A stretch of DNA of 64,000 bases from Lama guanicoe. Taxonomy: Eukaryota. This document shows positions 50,830 to 63,920 of the stretch, in pieces. Position 1 is the first letter of the stretch. The number at the start of each line of letters is the position of its first letter. The translations under genes and the position numbers were made by a program. The notes beneath the pieces are model-generated. The model searched no databases and had not been told where the DNA came from. It was given only the letters and a program-made list of their open reading frames with translations. The DNA is taken from assembly GCA_013239625.1 (NCBI GenBank), contig MU054049.1:881015-945014 (forward strand), given 5' to 3'.

Positions 50830-51340
50830 CTACCGGAACATCCCGCACACGATGCAATGGGGAGGAAGGCTGGGCTACAAACTGGGTGCGCGGAAACGTT
50901 ACATTGTTACAGACCCGCCCAAGTTGGTGCCCAACAAAGTCCTTCTGTCCAGTATCGTGGGAGCCAATAGAGCCAGAACAGTTCCGTTCGGAATTAAAGG
51001 AAAGCTTTCGTATTTGCTCAGAGAATGAAGAGGTGCAAGCTTGCGCTGTAGAGGACGCCTCTCCCGACAGGCTGTGGGCGGGGCTGCTTTATCTGGGATC
51101 TTGCCCCTGGGAGGGGGGCTGGGGGTGGGGTTCCCATGGCGCATGCGCGCTGCTCGCCGTGCCCGATGGCTGAGTCAGGCGCAGCGTCTCTGCGCGCCGC
51201 CCGCTGCCCGCGCCGCCATCTTGAGTTGCGTGTGGGTCCCGGCGCTTCTGCACACATTCTGCTGGGCTGCAGCGTCACACTGGGCACTCCCGTCTGAAGT
51301 GCTGTGTGCAAGGCCTCTGCATTCAGTACCCTATGAGCAA
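50830..51340. promoter_or_regulatory. intronic CpG-rich promoter-like element
   Basis: Dense CpG; GCGCATGCGC 51139-51148, GCCGCCATCTTG 51212-51223, TGAGTCA 51171-51177, GGGCGGGGC 51076-51084, CCAAT 50964-50968. Confidence 0.55.
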
Positions 51341-52503
51341 GCGGAACTAGACTAAGCACTGAAGAGGTTAGACTTTATCTTATCACCTAGGTTCCATCTT
51401 ATTTTTCCCGGGGACCCCAGCTGATTCCAAGCCTCCCCTAACCCCACCCAGTCTGACTCTATACAGAGTTGGGGGATGCTGTTGGGTCACACAGGAACCA
51501 GGGAGACTTACCTGGTCTTGGAAACTGAGGGTAGAGCTCTGCTGCTGCTAGCTCACTTTCTCCTTTGGCGTTTTTGCTGCTTCTGGGAGTCTTGGTGCCT
51601 GGTCCCCACCACCTGGTGTGCAGGGCAGCCTTTGCCTTCCTAGGTCTTATCTCTTGCTGCCAGGGCACTGCCAGGTCATGGGTGAGGTCCTTTGACTTAC
51701 AAGGCACAAACACAGCGTCCTTCCCAAACATGGGACGACTCCCGTTCTTTCTAGCTGCTTGCAGTTCCCCTAACTAGGGCAATTGCTCCTACCTCTGCAG
51801 GCTAATCTCAAAGACCGCAGACTTTGATTAACAAGTTTTTACTTCCATTCCTGTAACAGAATTCCATTAAAACAAGGGAGCACAAAGAACCCCGCACCCC
51901 CTTGGAGTGGGAGGGGAAAAATGAAAGAAGAAAGCAACAATAGTTGGTATCTTTTTTTTTTTTCCTCTGAGGCAGCAATGACAAAACACAAGTTAATATT
52001 GCAGTAAACTGTCCTGCCTTCCACCTTTCCATGTCATCTTGCCTTTACCACCACAGGACGCTGTTCTGAAAGACACTGCACGAGTTTATCCAAAGAGAGC
52101 CCCTATTGGCCAGACGTCAGTGTTGGGTTGGCAGTGAGGGAATGGATGTCAGTTCTCCAACTAGCGTGATAATCATGATTGTTCTTGTTTCATTGGTTAA
52201 TCTGGTAAATTAATTCGTCTTCTTCCATTCCTGCAAAATTTGCTCATGATGTAATTATTGCTACATTTGATCTGCTAATTTTTAAAAAGAATTTTTGTTC
52301 ACGACCAAGTTTGGCCTTTCACATTTCTTACTTGACTTTTTTTCCTGTCAAATTTATACTAGCCTTGTAACGTGAGTAGGGCAGTGTTCCTTCTTCTATT
52401 TTCTGGAAGAGTTTATGGAAAGATTATTGTTTCTATTTCTTAGCTATGTGATAGAACTTGCCAGTAAAATCTCAGAAGGCTGATGCTTGTGAGAAGATTT
52501 ATT

Positions 52504-53368
52504 ATTTTAAAAACTTTAAAAAAAGTTTTATTGAGACATAATTCACACACCATAAAATTCATTCATTTCAAATGCATAATTAAATTTTTTTTGTATATTC
52601 ACAGAATTACACAATCATCACCACAATTGATTAGAACATTTTTATCACACCAAAAAGAAAAGTCCACACCCATTAGCCATTATTTTCCATTTCTCCTTCC
52701 CCCACCTCCAGTCCTGTGCAATAACTAATTTACTTTCTTTCTCTATGGACTTGCCTATTCTGGATTATCATATAAATAGAATCATATAATATGTGACATT
52801 TTTGTTTCTAGATTTTTTTCATTTAGTATAATGTTTTCAAGTTTCATCCATGTTGTAACGTGTTTTAGTACTTCATTCTTTTTATTGCCAAATCATTTTC
52901 CAGTCTGTATACCACAATTTACTTACACATTCATCAGCTGCTGAACATTTGGGTTGTTTTCACTTTTGGGCTATTATGAATAATGCTGCTATGAACATCA
53001 TGTTCAAGTTTTTGTGTAGATATGTGTTTACATATCTCTTGGGTAGATACCTAGGACTGGAATTGCTAAATCATATGGTAACTGTATGTTTAATATTTTG
53101 AGGAACTATCAAATCATTATCCAAAGTGACTGCACCATTGTACAGTCTCCCTAGCAGTGTATGAGGGTTTCAATTTGAACACTTGCTTGTCAACACTTGT
53201 TATTATCTGTCTGATTATAGCCCTCCTACTGGGGGTAATGTGGTATCTCATTGTGGTTTTGATGTGCATTTCCCTGAAGGCTAATGATATTGAGAATCTT
53301 TTCATGTGCTTATTGGCCATTTGTGTATCTTCTTTGGACAAATATATGTTAGATTCTTTGCACATTTA
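52504..53368 (-). mobile_element. L1MB-like 3' portion
   Basis: ttgagacataattcacacaccataaaattc...; ORF 53117..53365(-) SKEDTQMANKHMKRFSISLAFREMHIKTTMRYH. Confidence 0.85.
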
Positions 53369-56300
53369 AAAAAAATCAAAGTAACATTGGTTTATAACAT
53401 TATATAAATTTCACATGTACAGCATTATAATTCAGCTTCTGTATATACCACAGTGTGCTCACCACCAAAAATCTTGTTTCCGTTGTCACCGTACAATTGA
53501 TCCTCCCTACTCATTTTGCCCTTCTCCAACCTTCCTTCCCCTCTGGTAACCACCAGTCCATTCTCTGTATCTATGTTTTTGTTTTGTTTGTTCATTTATT
53601 TTGTAGTTTTTATATTCAACATATGAGTGAAATCATACCATATTTGTCTTTCTCCATCTGACTTATTTCACTTAGCGTAATACCCTCAAGGTCCATTCAT
53701 ATTGTTGCAAATGGCAAGGTTTTATCTTTTTTATGGCTGAGTAGTATTCCATTGTGTATGTGTATGTGTGTGTGTGTGTGTGTATCACATCTTCTTTATC
53801 CATTCAGCTTTTGATGGGCACTTAGATTGTTTCCATTTCTTGGCTATCGTAAATAATGTTGCAGTGAACATAGGGGTGCATATATCTTTTTGAATTAGAG
53901 TTTTTATGCTCCTTGGATAAGTACCCAGAAGCAGAGTAGTTGGATGATATGGTAGCTCTATTCTTAATTTTTTGAGGAATCTCCATACTGTTTATTTACA
54001 TTTCCACCAACAGTTTATGAGGGTTCCCTTTTCTCTACATCCTCACCAACACTTGTTATTACTTGTCTTTTCATAATAGCTATTCTAATGGGGATGAGGT
54101 GATATCTTACTGTGGTTTTGTTTTGCATGTCCCTAATAATTAGTAACGTTGAACATCTTTTCATGTGTCTGTTAACCATCTGTATGTCATCTTTGGAATG
54201 TCTGTTTAGATTCTTGCCCATTTTTTAATTGGATTTTTTGTTTTTATGTTGTTGACTTGTATGAATTCTTTATATGTGTTTTGATTACTATAGCTTTATA
54301 GTATAATTTGAAATTAGGGAGCAGAACACCCCTAGCTTTGTTCTTTTTTCTCAGAATTCCTTTGGCTATTCAAGGCCTTTGTGGTTTCATACAAATTTTA
54401 GGACTTTTAAGTTCTATTTCTGTGAAAAATATTGCTGGCATTTTGGTAGGGATTGCATTAAATCTGTAGATTGTGTTAAGTAACATGGACATTTTAACAA
54501 TGTTAATTCTTTCAATACTGTGTCAAATGAAAGTGGTAAGAGTGGGCATCCTTTTCTTTTTCCTAATCTAAGAAGAAAAGCTTTCAGTTTTCACTGTCAG
54601 TATGATGTTAGCTAGATTTGACATTTATGTCATTTATGGTCTTCATTATGTTCCTTCTATACCCATTTAACTGAGTTTTTTAAAATAATAAATGGATGTT
54701 GAATTTTGTAAAATGCTTTTCTACATCTATTAAGATGCTTGTATGATTTGTACCATTTATTTTGTTAATGTGGTGTATCATGTTGACTGATTTGCAGATG
54801 TTGATTTACCACTGCATCCTTAGAATAAATCCCACTTGATCATGAGATGTGATCCTTTTAATGTATTTGGTTTGCTAATATATTTTTGAGGATTTTTGCA
54901 TCTATGTTTATCAGAGACATTGGCCTCAGATTTTCTTCTTTTTGTGTTGTTCTTGTCTGGTTTTGGTATCAGAGTAATACGGGCCTCATAAAGTGGTACA
55001 GGAAGCATTCCTTCCTCTTCAATTTTTTTGGAAGAGTTTGAGATTCTTCTTTGAATGTTTGATAGAATTCACCAGTGTAGTTGGCTGGTCCTGGAACTTT
55101 GTCTTTTGGGAGGTTTTCAATGACTGTTTCAATCTCCTTCCTAGTGATCAGTCTATTCAGATTTTCTATTTCTTCATGAATCAGTCTTGAAAGCTTGTGT
55201 AAGTCTAAGATTTTATCCATTTTATTCTAGATTGTCTAATTTGTTGGTTTATAGAGTACTGTCTCATAATCCTTTGCATTTCTGTGATATCTGTTGTAAC
55301 TTCTCTTTTGTTGCTGATTTTATTTATTTGAGCCTTCTTTCTTTTTGTCTTGGTGAGTCTAGCTAAAATTTGTCAATTTTGTTTACCTTTTCAAAGAACT
55401 AGTTCTTAGTTTCATTGTACTGTTAGTTTCATTGTATTTTTAGTCTCTGTTTTGTTTATTTCCATTATGGTTTTTATTTCCTTCCTTCTGCTGACTTTGG
55501 ACTTTGTTTATTCTTCTTTTTCTAGTTCCTTTAGGTGTAAGTTTAGATTGTTTTTGAGATCTTTCTTATTTCTTGAGGTAGGCTTATATTGCTATAGATT
55601 TCCCTCTTAGAACTGCTTTTGCTGCATCACGTAGATTTTGATATGTCCTATTTTCTTGTTCGTTTGTCTTCAGGTACTGTTTAATTTCTCCTTGATTTCT
55701 CCATTGACCCAATAGCTGTTCAGTACCATGTTATTTGGTCTCTACATGTTTGTGATTTTTCCAGCTTTCTTCTTGTGGTTGATTTCTTGTTTAATACGGG
55801 TATGATTGGAAAAGATGCTTGATGTGATTTCGATCTTATTAAATTTATTGAGACCTGTGTCCCAACATATGGATATGGTCTATCCTTGAGAATTTCTGTG
55901 TGCACTTGAAAAGAATGTGTATTCTGCTGATTGGATGGAACGTTCTGTATTTGTTTAAGTCCATCTGCTCTAACGTTTTATTTAAGGCCCGCGTTTCCTT
56001 GTTGACTTACTGTCTGGATAATTTATCTATTGATGTGAGTGGGGTATTAAAATCCCCTAGTATTATTGTGTTGCTGTCAGTTTCTCTTTTTAGGTCAGCT
56101 AATAATTGCTTTATATATTTTGCTGCTTTATAGATTTAGGTCTGCTAATAATTGCTTTATATATATAGGTGCATGTATATTAATAAATGTTATGTGTGCT
56201 TGATGGGTTGTCCCCTTTACCAGTATATAATGTCCATCTTTGTCTCTTGTTACCTTTTTCAGCTTGAGGTCTGTTTTGTCTGATACATGTATGGCTACAC

Positions 56301-56421
56301 CTGCTTTCTTTTGGCTGCCATTTGCTTAGAGTATCATCTTCCAACTCTTCACTTTGAGCTTATATTTGTCTTTAGAGCTGAGCAGAGTCTCCTGGAGCCA
56401 GCATAGAGTTAAGTCTTGTTT

Positions 56422-57407
56422 ATTTTTTTTTAAATCTATTTTTATTGAAGTACAGTCAGTTTACAATGTTGTGTTAATTGCTGGTGTACAGCACAATACG
56501 TCAGTCATATAGGAACATACATACATTTGTTTTCATATTCTTTTTAGCCAAAAGTTGCTACAAGATACTGAATATAATTTCCTGTGCTCTACAGTATAAA
56601 CTTGATGTTTATGTATTTTATATATACTAGTTAGTGTCTGCAAATCTTGAACTCCCAATTTATCCTTTCCCACCCTCTTCCCCCTTGGTAACCATAAGTT
56701 TGTTTTCTATGTCTTTGAGTCTGTTTCTGTTTTGTAAATAAGTTTGTCTTTTTTTTTTTTAGATTCCACATATAAGTGATATCATATGGTATTTTCTTTC
56801 TCTTTCTAGCTTATTTCACTTAGAATGACATTCTCCAGGTCTATCCATGTGTCTGCNNNNNNNNNNNNNNNNNNNNNNNNNNNNNNNNNNNNNNNNNNNN
56901 NNNNNNNNNNNNNNNNNNNNNNNNNNNNNNNNNNNNNNNNNNNNNNNNNNNNNNNNNNNNNNNNNNNNNNNNNNNNNNNNNNNNNNNNNNNNNNNNNNNN
57001 NNNNNNNNNNNNNNNNNNNNNNNNNNNNNNNNNNNNNNNNTTTTTGAATTTATCTCTGGATGTATTCCCAGGAGTGGGATTGTTGAATCATATGATAAGT
57101 TTGTTGTTAGTCTTTTAAGGAATCTCCATACTGTTTTCCATAATGGCTGCACCAAACTACACTACCACCAACAGTGTAGGAGGGTTCCCTTTTCTCCACA
57201 GCCTCTCCAGCATTTATTGTTTGTGGACTTTTGAATCGTGGCCATTTTGACTGGTGTAAGGTGATACTTCATTGTAGTTTTGATTTGCATTTCTCTGATA
57301 ATTAGTGATACTGAGCATTTTTTCATGTGCCTCTTGGATATTTGTATGTCTTCATTGGAGAATTGCTTATTTAGGTCCTCTGCCCATTTTTGGATTGGGT
57401 TGTTTGG
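56422..57407 (-). mobile_element. young 5'-truncated L1 nested in the older L1
   Basis: [31 protein letters not shown]...[19 protein letters not shown] gtcttgttt at 56413-56421 and 57408-57416. Confidence 0.9.
56857..57040. other. assembly gap (184 N)
   Basis: Run of N inside the young L1. Confidence 1.
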
Positions 57408-59781
57408 GTCTTGTTTTTTAATCCATCCAACCATTCTGTGTCTTTGATTGGTGAATTCAATCCTTTTATATTTAGGGTGATGATTGATATATGGGGGCCC
57501 AGTGCTGCCATTTTGTCTTTTGTTTTCTGATTGCTGTATATCTTTATTACTTCTTTTCCCTTGCTTTTCTGTTTGCCATTTTAGCTTGGTGGTTTTATGT
57601 GCTGTTTTTCTAAGTTTCCTCTTTTTCATGTTTCATGTCTCTGCTCTAGATTTTTGTTTTGTGGTTACAGGGTTTGTATAAACTGTCTTATGGACTAAGT
57701 AGTTCTTTTTCTGCTGATAGCATCTCATCTTCATTTGCCTATACAGGCTTTTGTCCTTTTCTTCTTCCTCTTTTATGTTTGTTGTCACAAATTATCCCTT
57801 TTTATGTTGTGAGTTTATTACCAAATTGGAGCAGCTATGGTTGTTTTTAATGCTATTTCCCCCTTTAACCTTTGCGCTGTAATTGTTTAAAAACTTATTC
57901 TGATATAACTTTGCAATTTTCTGATTCTGTTTATCACCAACTCAAAGTTTTGTGTACTTGCCTTTTTGTTTCAGGTAGAAGAGCTCCTTTCACCATTTCT
58001 TATAAGGCAGGTCTAGTGGTGATGAACTCCCTCAGCTTTTTTTTCCCCTTGGTCTGGGAAAGGCTTTATTTCTTCTTCATATCTGAAGGATAACTTTGCT
58101 GGATAGCATATTCTTGGTTGACAGTTTTTAATCTTTCTGTATTTTGAGTATGTCACTCCACTGCCTCCTGGTCTTTATAGACTTTCTGCTGAGAAATCTG
58201 CTGGTAGCCTAATGGGGGCAACTTACAGCTTACTGTCCCCCCGCAAAAGATTGTCTTTAAAATTCTTTCTTTATCATTGACTTTTGATAGTTTTAATATA
58301 ATGTGTCTTGGAAAAGCTCTTTTTGCTTTGAGATAACTTGGTGTCCCATTAATTTTGTGGACTTGTGTATCCAGTTCCTTCCCAGGTTTGGAAAGTTCTC
58401 AGCTGTTATTTCTTTAAATAAGCTCTCTTTTCCTTCAGGGATATCCATTATCCTTATGTTGCCTTTTCTAATTAAGTTGGATACTTCTTGTAGAGTTTCT
58501 TTATTTTATCAAAATCTTGTTTCTCTCTCCTGTTCTACCTGAATCATTTCTAGATTTCTAACTTTGAGTGTGCTAATTCTCTCTCCCTATGGTCTGTTCT
58601 GTTTTCAATGCTTTCTAATGTATTCTTTATCTCATTTATTTAGTTCTTCAGCTTCAGAGTTTCTGTTTGGTTCTTGTTTTGAAGTTTCAATCTCTTTGGC
58701 AACATACTCCTTCTGTTTATTAATTTTACTGTTTAGCTCATTGAACCACCTCTCTGAGTTTTCTTATAGCAGACATTTTGAGTTATAGCAGTGTACTGAG
58801 TTTCCTCATGACAGCTATTTTGAATTCTCTATCAGTTAGATCGTAATCTTCCGTGACTTAATTTTGGTTTCTGGAGAACAGTCATTTTCTTTTTGTGATA
58901 CTGTGTTATGGTTATTTATGGTGCTTGATGAGTTGTTCCTCTGCTAGTGTGTTTGAGGTAGCAAACAACTTTCTTATTTAGGTAAAGCTTTGTTTACTTG
59001 GATTCTGACAGTTCGAGTTCTTAATTAAAAGCTTCTTTTTTATTTTTCAGTAGGTGGTGCTGTAGCACAAGTTTTTGGCTATAGCTGAGACTCAGCACTT
59101 TCTACCCTCCATCACCTCTGCCAGAGGTGTCCCTGGTGCCCTCATTGTCACTGCTGGTGCCTTGCTTCCGCCAGTGTTGCTGCTGTCACTGGCATTTCTG
59201 CCTGGGGGATGGCAGGCACCTCTGACACCTCTGGGGTCACCTTGGTCAGGGGCCCTGCTGCCACCGTGGGGAAAGGGAGGAGCCAGGGTCATGGGCACCT
59301 TCACTGCTTCCAGGGTTGTTGAGTTCATGGATGCTGCTGCCCTTGGCAGGAGGTGGGGCTGGAGTCATGAGTGTTACTGTGCCTGGAGGGACCAGGGTCG
59401 AAGGTCCTGCCACTGCAGCTGCCCAGCTCCCTGTGGCTGTGGGTGCCATCACGATTGGGAGGCCTGAGTCATGTGTGCCACCTCTGTTGCTGCTACCAGG
59501 TTCTCTGGGGCTGTGGGCTCAGCTGCTGTGGCCTTAGGGCTGTGGCTGGGGGCCAGGATCACAGCACTGCCTCTGCTATTCCCTGGTTCTGCCATGTCTA
59601 CGTGTCCCAACTCACCCACCTTTGAATATACAGGTGTGTAGATCTCTCCACCATCCTGGTGTGCTGGGCAGAGGAAGCTTTGTGGAGTTACGAGTGTTTT
59701 ACTAGTTGTAGATGAAGAGGAGGGACAAAGGGAGCATTTCACACCACCACGGTGCTGATGTTACCTCTGTGAAGATTTATT

Positions 59782-62250
59782 TTTGTAAGAGTAAATTTCT
59801 GTTTATTCTTGTATCATTCTTAGTAAGTTGTTTTTCAAGTTTATTTTCTCATTTCATATAAGGTTGAATTTATTGGCATAAGGCTGTTCACAATATCCTT
59901 GTAACTTTTTATTCCTAACACTCCCATTTATGTCTTCTTTCTCTTTTGCCCACGGGCACCAGCACCCCAGCATTCTTGGCAGAGGTTAATTTATTAATGT
60001 GTCTCATATACCAACTTGCAGCTTTTCTTGTCTCTCATACATAGATTTTTCTGGGTTTTTTTTAATACTTATTATTTCCTTCTACTTTCTTTGAATTTAT
60101 ACTAGTATTCTTTTTCCTAATTTAATTGTTAGAAGACTAATCTTTGTTCTTCTTAAACATACATTTCCTTGTAACTACTTTAGCTCTCTCACACAAGTTT
60201 TATTATGTTAAGTTTTCAGTATAGTTTAGTGCTAAATGTTTCCTAATTTCCCTTATGACATAGTTTTATGGCTGAATCTCATTTGAATTATAAATTTCCA
60301 AAGTTACAAAGTATTTTTGGTTATCTTTTTGTTAGTGACTTCTAATTTTGTCATCATGAGAGAAAGTGGACTGTCTGATGGTAATCCCTTGAAATTAGTT
60401 GAGCTTGATTTTGTGCCCCCAGTGTGGTAACTTTTCATAAATATTCCACGTGTGCTTGAAGAGAATGCATTTTCTTCCAGTTGTTAGGTCCAATGCTCTA
60501 TTTATGTCCTCTAGATGAAATTTGTCAATTGCCTTATTCAAATTTTTAGATTTTTGGCATATCAGTTACTAAGATATGTTAAATATCTTTCATTATAATG
60601 GTAGATTTGTTGATATCTGTTGATTTTGCCTTACATATATCTGAGGCTGTTAGAATCACACATATTTATAATTTTTCCATCATCTGGAAGTATGAAAATT
60701 TTTATCAGTATATGGTGATCTTAATCTCCATTAGTACATTTTGCCAGAGTAACAATTTTGTCTAATAATAATAGGGCTACATCTATGTTCTTTTGGTTAA
60801 TATATGCCTGAAATTAAAACAAAATTCTTTTGTTTTAAGTTTTCTGTGTCTTTATGCTTTAGATGTTTCTCTTATAAAGAGCGTTTTTAAAATATTTGTT
60901 TTTTAAACTAGTATTTTCTAATTTGACCTTTTTTTTCCTGTCTTCTTTTGAATTCTTTCTTTTTTTATTTAATTTTTTTCCATCTACTGGTTTGGAATTT
61001 ATTCTCGCTATGATTAATGTTTTAGTGGTTACCCTAAAATAATTTAATAGGCATCCTTATAATGTTTACCTATTTACTGTGTACTGTTACTGCTTATTTT
61101 TACCCTCCTTCTGGTTAATATACAAAGACCCCGGACACTTAAATATCATTACTATTTCCTAACATTTATTTGTATTGCCCAATATTTTAATTCTATTTAA
61201 TTTTAGTTAATCCATCAAATAAGGCATTTATTATTTCTGTTTTATACAATATTTATTTAGATTTACCTACATATTTTCAACATCTGTGCTCACCATTCTT
61301 GAATCTGTACCATTATATGGAATTATTTTCCATCTGTAAGCAGTACATGTGTTAGATTTTTCTTTAGTGAGGGTCCGTTTATGGTAAACTCTCTTGGTTT
61401 TTTTTTTATTTGTCTGAATATGACTTTATTTTCTCCCTATTTCCATAAGATAGTTTTGCTGGGTGTACCTTCTTGGTGGGCATTTGTTTTCTCCCAGTGC
61501 ATAGGAGGTGGTATTCCCCCAGCTTTTGGCTTCCATTGGAACCCCTGAGAAATTAGCTGCATTTTCATTGCCGTTTATTTGAAGGCAGTCTGCCATTTTC
61601 TCTGGCTGCTTTTGTTTTCATTATTCTTGTTCTATAGTTTTACTGTAGGGTGTCTCGATTTGGATTATTTAAAAATTTTATTCTTGAAATTCCCGAATCT
61701 GATCATTGGTGTCTTTCACCAATTCTGGATATTCTTTTTAATTATTACTTCTTTCTCATCTTTTTTCCTATTATGTTTTTTGTGGAACTCTAGTAAGATT
61801 TGTGCTTTACATTTTTATTTCTAACCTCTATGTTTCTTAACCTTTCTTTCACATTTTTTATCTCTTTGTCCTTCTGTGTTGTGTTCTGTACAATTTCCTT
61901 TGATTTGTCCTCCAGCTCATTGAATCTCCTGTTCGCTGTGTCCAATACGATGTTTAATCCAGCCACTTAGGTTTTGAATTTTTAATCTCAGTGATCATGT
62001 TTTACATTCCTAGATATACTGTTTGGTTCTTTTCCAAATAAACTTGATGATTTTACAGCTCTTTTCCTTGCTCATGTTTCTCTCTCTCCTGTTTCTTCAA
62101 ACGTATGAAACATAATTCTTTTCTCTGTATCTTTTGAGAGTCTGATTCTATAGTATGTTGTATCTGTGGATGTCTGAAGGTTCCTTGTTTCTCCCTGTGG
62201 TTTATGATTTTTGATTGTGATTCTTGCTCCAAGACTTCCCTTTTCAGCCT
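59782..62250 (-). mobile_element. ancient L1 (L1ME-like) remnants, continuing the fragment at ~52200-52492
   Basis: Very T-rich; decayed L1 motifs such as ttcataaatattccacgtgtgcttgaagagaatgc and gatagttttgctgggtgta. Confidence 0.6.
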
Positions 62251-63040
62251 TTCCTTATTCTGGATATCCTGCCTTTCTGCAGACACAGGAATGCCTCAGT
62301 GAGTCTGCAGCTGCCCTTTGTAGCCAGGCCTTGGCCAGATTCCAGGCCCTTCTCTTCTTGCTTTGCCTTGGGGGAATTGTCTTTCTAAGGTTCCCTGATC
62401 TGTCTGTTCCAGGGGCGCGGGGGTCTCTGAAGAGGTCTCCGCTGTGGCCACCTGGACAGCATGCAGAGTAACTTGGGATCGCAGTGTTGAGTCTTCCTCC
62501 ACTTAGAGGGCAGGGAGGTGTTTGTCAGCTTCAGAAGACATTCAGCAAGTGGCATTAGGTGATGAAAAGCAATAGTCATTTGTTGAATATCTCTGTGGGC
62601 TGAGCACTAATAACTTATTTTCGTTTAGTTCCCTTTCAAATTCTAGAATTTAACCAGTAAAGAAATGGAGGCTGATACGGGATACACACGGCTGAAGGTT
62701 ACACATTTAGTAAGTCACAGAGCAAGACTTTGAACCCAAGTCAACATCCAAACCCTCTGTGTGTGTGGTATTTGTCCTGCTTGTTCTGGATACTCCCTCA
62801 ATAACGGTGATGCTTTGCTGAATGTTCTGACACAATAATCTGCAGTTTAAGGTTTTGTCTCTAACCCGTAGGTGGTGTCAGCCCTGATCCTTTACAGATA
62901 ACTCCTGTGTCAGATGTCATCCTGGTTTCATAATGAGCAATTTTTTTCATGCACAAGAGTCAGATTTCATAAACAGAACGATTTGTTTTTCCTCGTTAGA
63001 AGAAATACATCACCCTTGACCTTCTCTAATGGTTAGGAAG

Positions 63041-63054
63041 GAGGAAGTGAAACT
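63041..63054 (+). promoter_or_regulatory. ETS-IRF composite element (EICE) motif
   Basis: GAGGAAGTGAAACT matches the PU.1/SPIB-IRF4/8 consensus GGAAnnGAAA. Confidence 0.5.
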
Positions 63055-63559
63055 CCAGCCCCTCCTGAGAGAGTCTGTGGGGTAAAGGGCAGGCAGTGGG
63101 CTGGAGATGGGGGACTGGGTGCTCATCCGTGCCCAGCACTGTCACTTGGCATCCCTCTGGGCAAGCGACTTGGCTCAGCCCTGTCTATACAAAGTGGGCC
63201 CTGGTCTCAGACCCGTGAGCTATACGTCTTAGTGGCCACGTTCCCTGGGCCTGTTACTTTATCTCACTGAACTCTGATTTCCTGATTCAGATGCAGGGAT
63301 AATGTTAGTGTCCACTCTGGGGGCTGCTGTGAGGTGAGGACTGGCGAGGATAATGGTGTTAGTCACAGTGATCACAGCTGCGGTTTCCTGCACACTCTTG
63401 TGCAGGATGTGGTGCTCTGCTTGTTGCAAGCGTTAATTAATCTGTATAACAACTACAATTTGAGTAACATTTTTCATGAAATAGACGTTATATATTATAT
63501 AAACCCCAAAATATGTATGTGACTTCCAAAATACAGAATATATAATCTCCATGAAACAT

Positions 63560-63610
63560 AAACACACACCACCCATCTCACAGCACACATGGTACGCACA
63601 CATACTACAC

Positions 63611-63652
<42 letters not shown>
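63560..63652 (+). repeat. CA-rich / (CA)n microsatellite
   Basis: Imperfect CA-rich tract ending in a pure acac run at ~63619-63652. Confidence 0.9.
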
Positions 63653-63655
<3 letters not shown>

Positions 63656-63764
63656 AGGTGCTCAGTAAGTGTCAGCTGCAGTTATGATTACTCATATGCT
63701 AACTTTCTTTGGTATTTACCAGATTCTGTTACCTGGGTTGGATGACATCCTTCTAGGCCAGCCA

Positions 63765-63920
63765 GCCCACATAGGCTACCTACCTGCATCAGAATTAGTT
63801 GCAGAAGTGCTAAAAAACAGTCTCATAAACCAGATTTCCTGAATCTGGAGTTTAGGGATCTGTTTTTTGAAAAACTCCTCTCGCTATTTTTAAGCGCATT
63901 AAAATCTGAGAACTTCTGCC
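63765..63920. mobile_element. MER5-like MITE
   Basis: acctgcatcagaatt...gaatctggagtttagggatctgttttttgaaaaactcct...aaaatctgagaacttctg. Confidence 0.55.

Larger units (their letters stand above)
53369..59770 (-). mobile_element. near-full-length degenerate L1 (3'UTR, deleted and frameshifted ORF2, ORF1 region, GC-rich 5'UTR at ~59050-59770)
   Basis: ORF2 remnants MDKILDLHKLSRLIHEEIENLNRLITRKEIETVIENLP..PGP..TGEFYQTFKEE, YEARITLIPKPDK and [28 protein letters not shown]. Confidence 0.85.

Noticed and set aside
50183..50857. 224-aa and 180-aa minus-strand ORFs
   Set aside because: Antisense shadows of the GC-rich WDFY4 exon; the longer starts at TTG; no recognisable protein
56089..56164. 30-bp direct repeat with a 46-bp period
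   Set aside because: Small local duplication inside a dead L1; only two units, not an array
57162..57629. 155-aa chimeric ORF
   Set aside because: Junction of the nested young L1 with the host L1; not a gene
59048..59062. CTCF-like tcagtaggtggtgct (similar word at 62865-62878)
   Set aside because: Mismatches at core positions; cannot be supported without PWM scoring or ChIP
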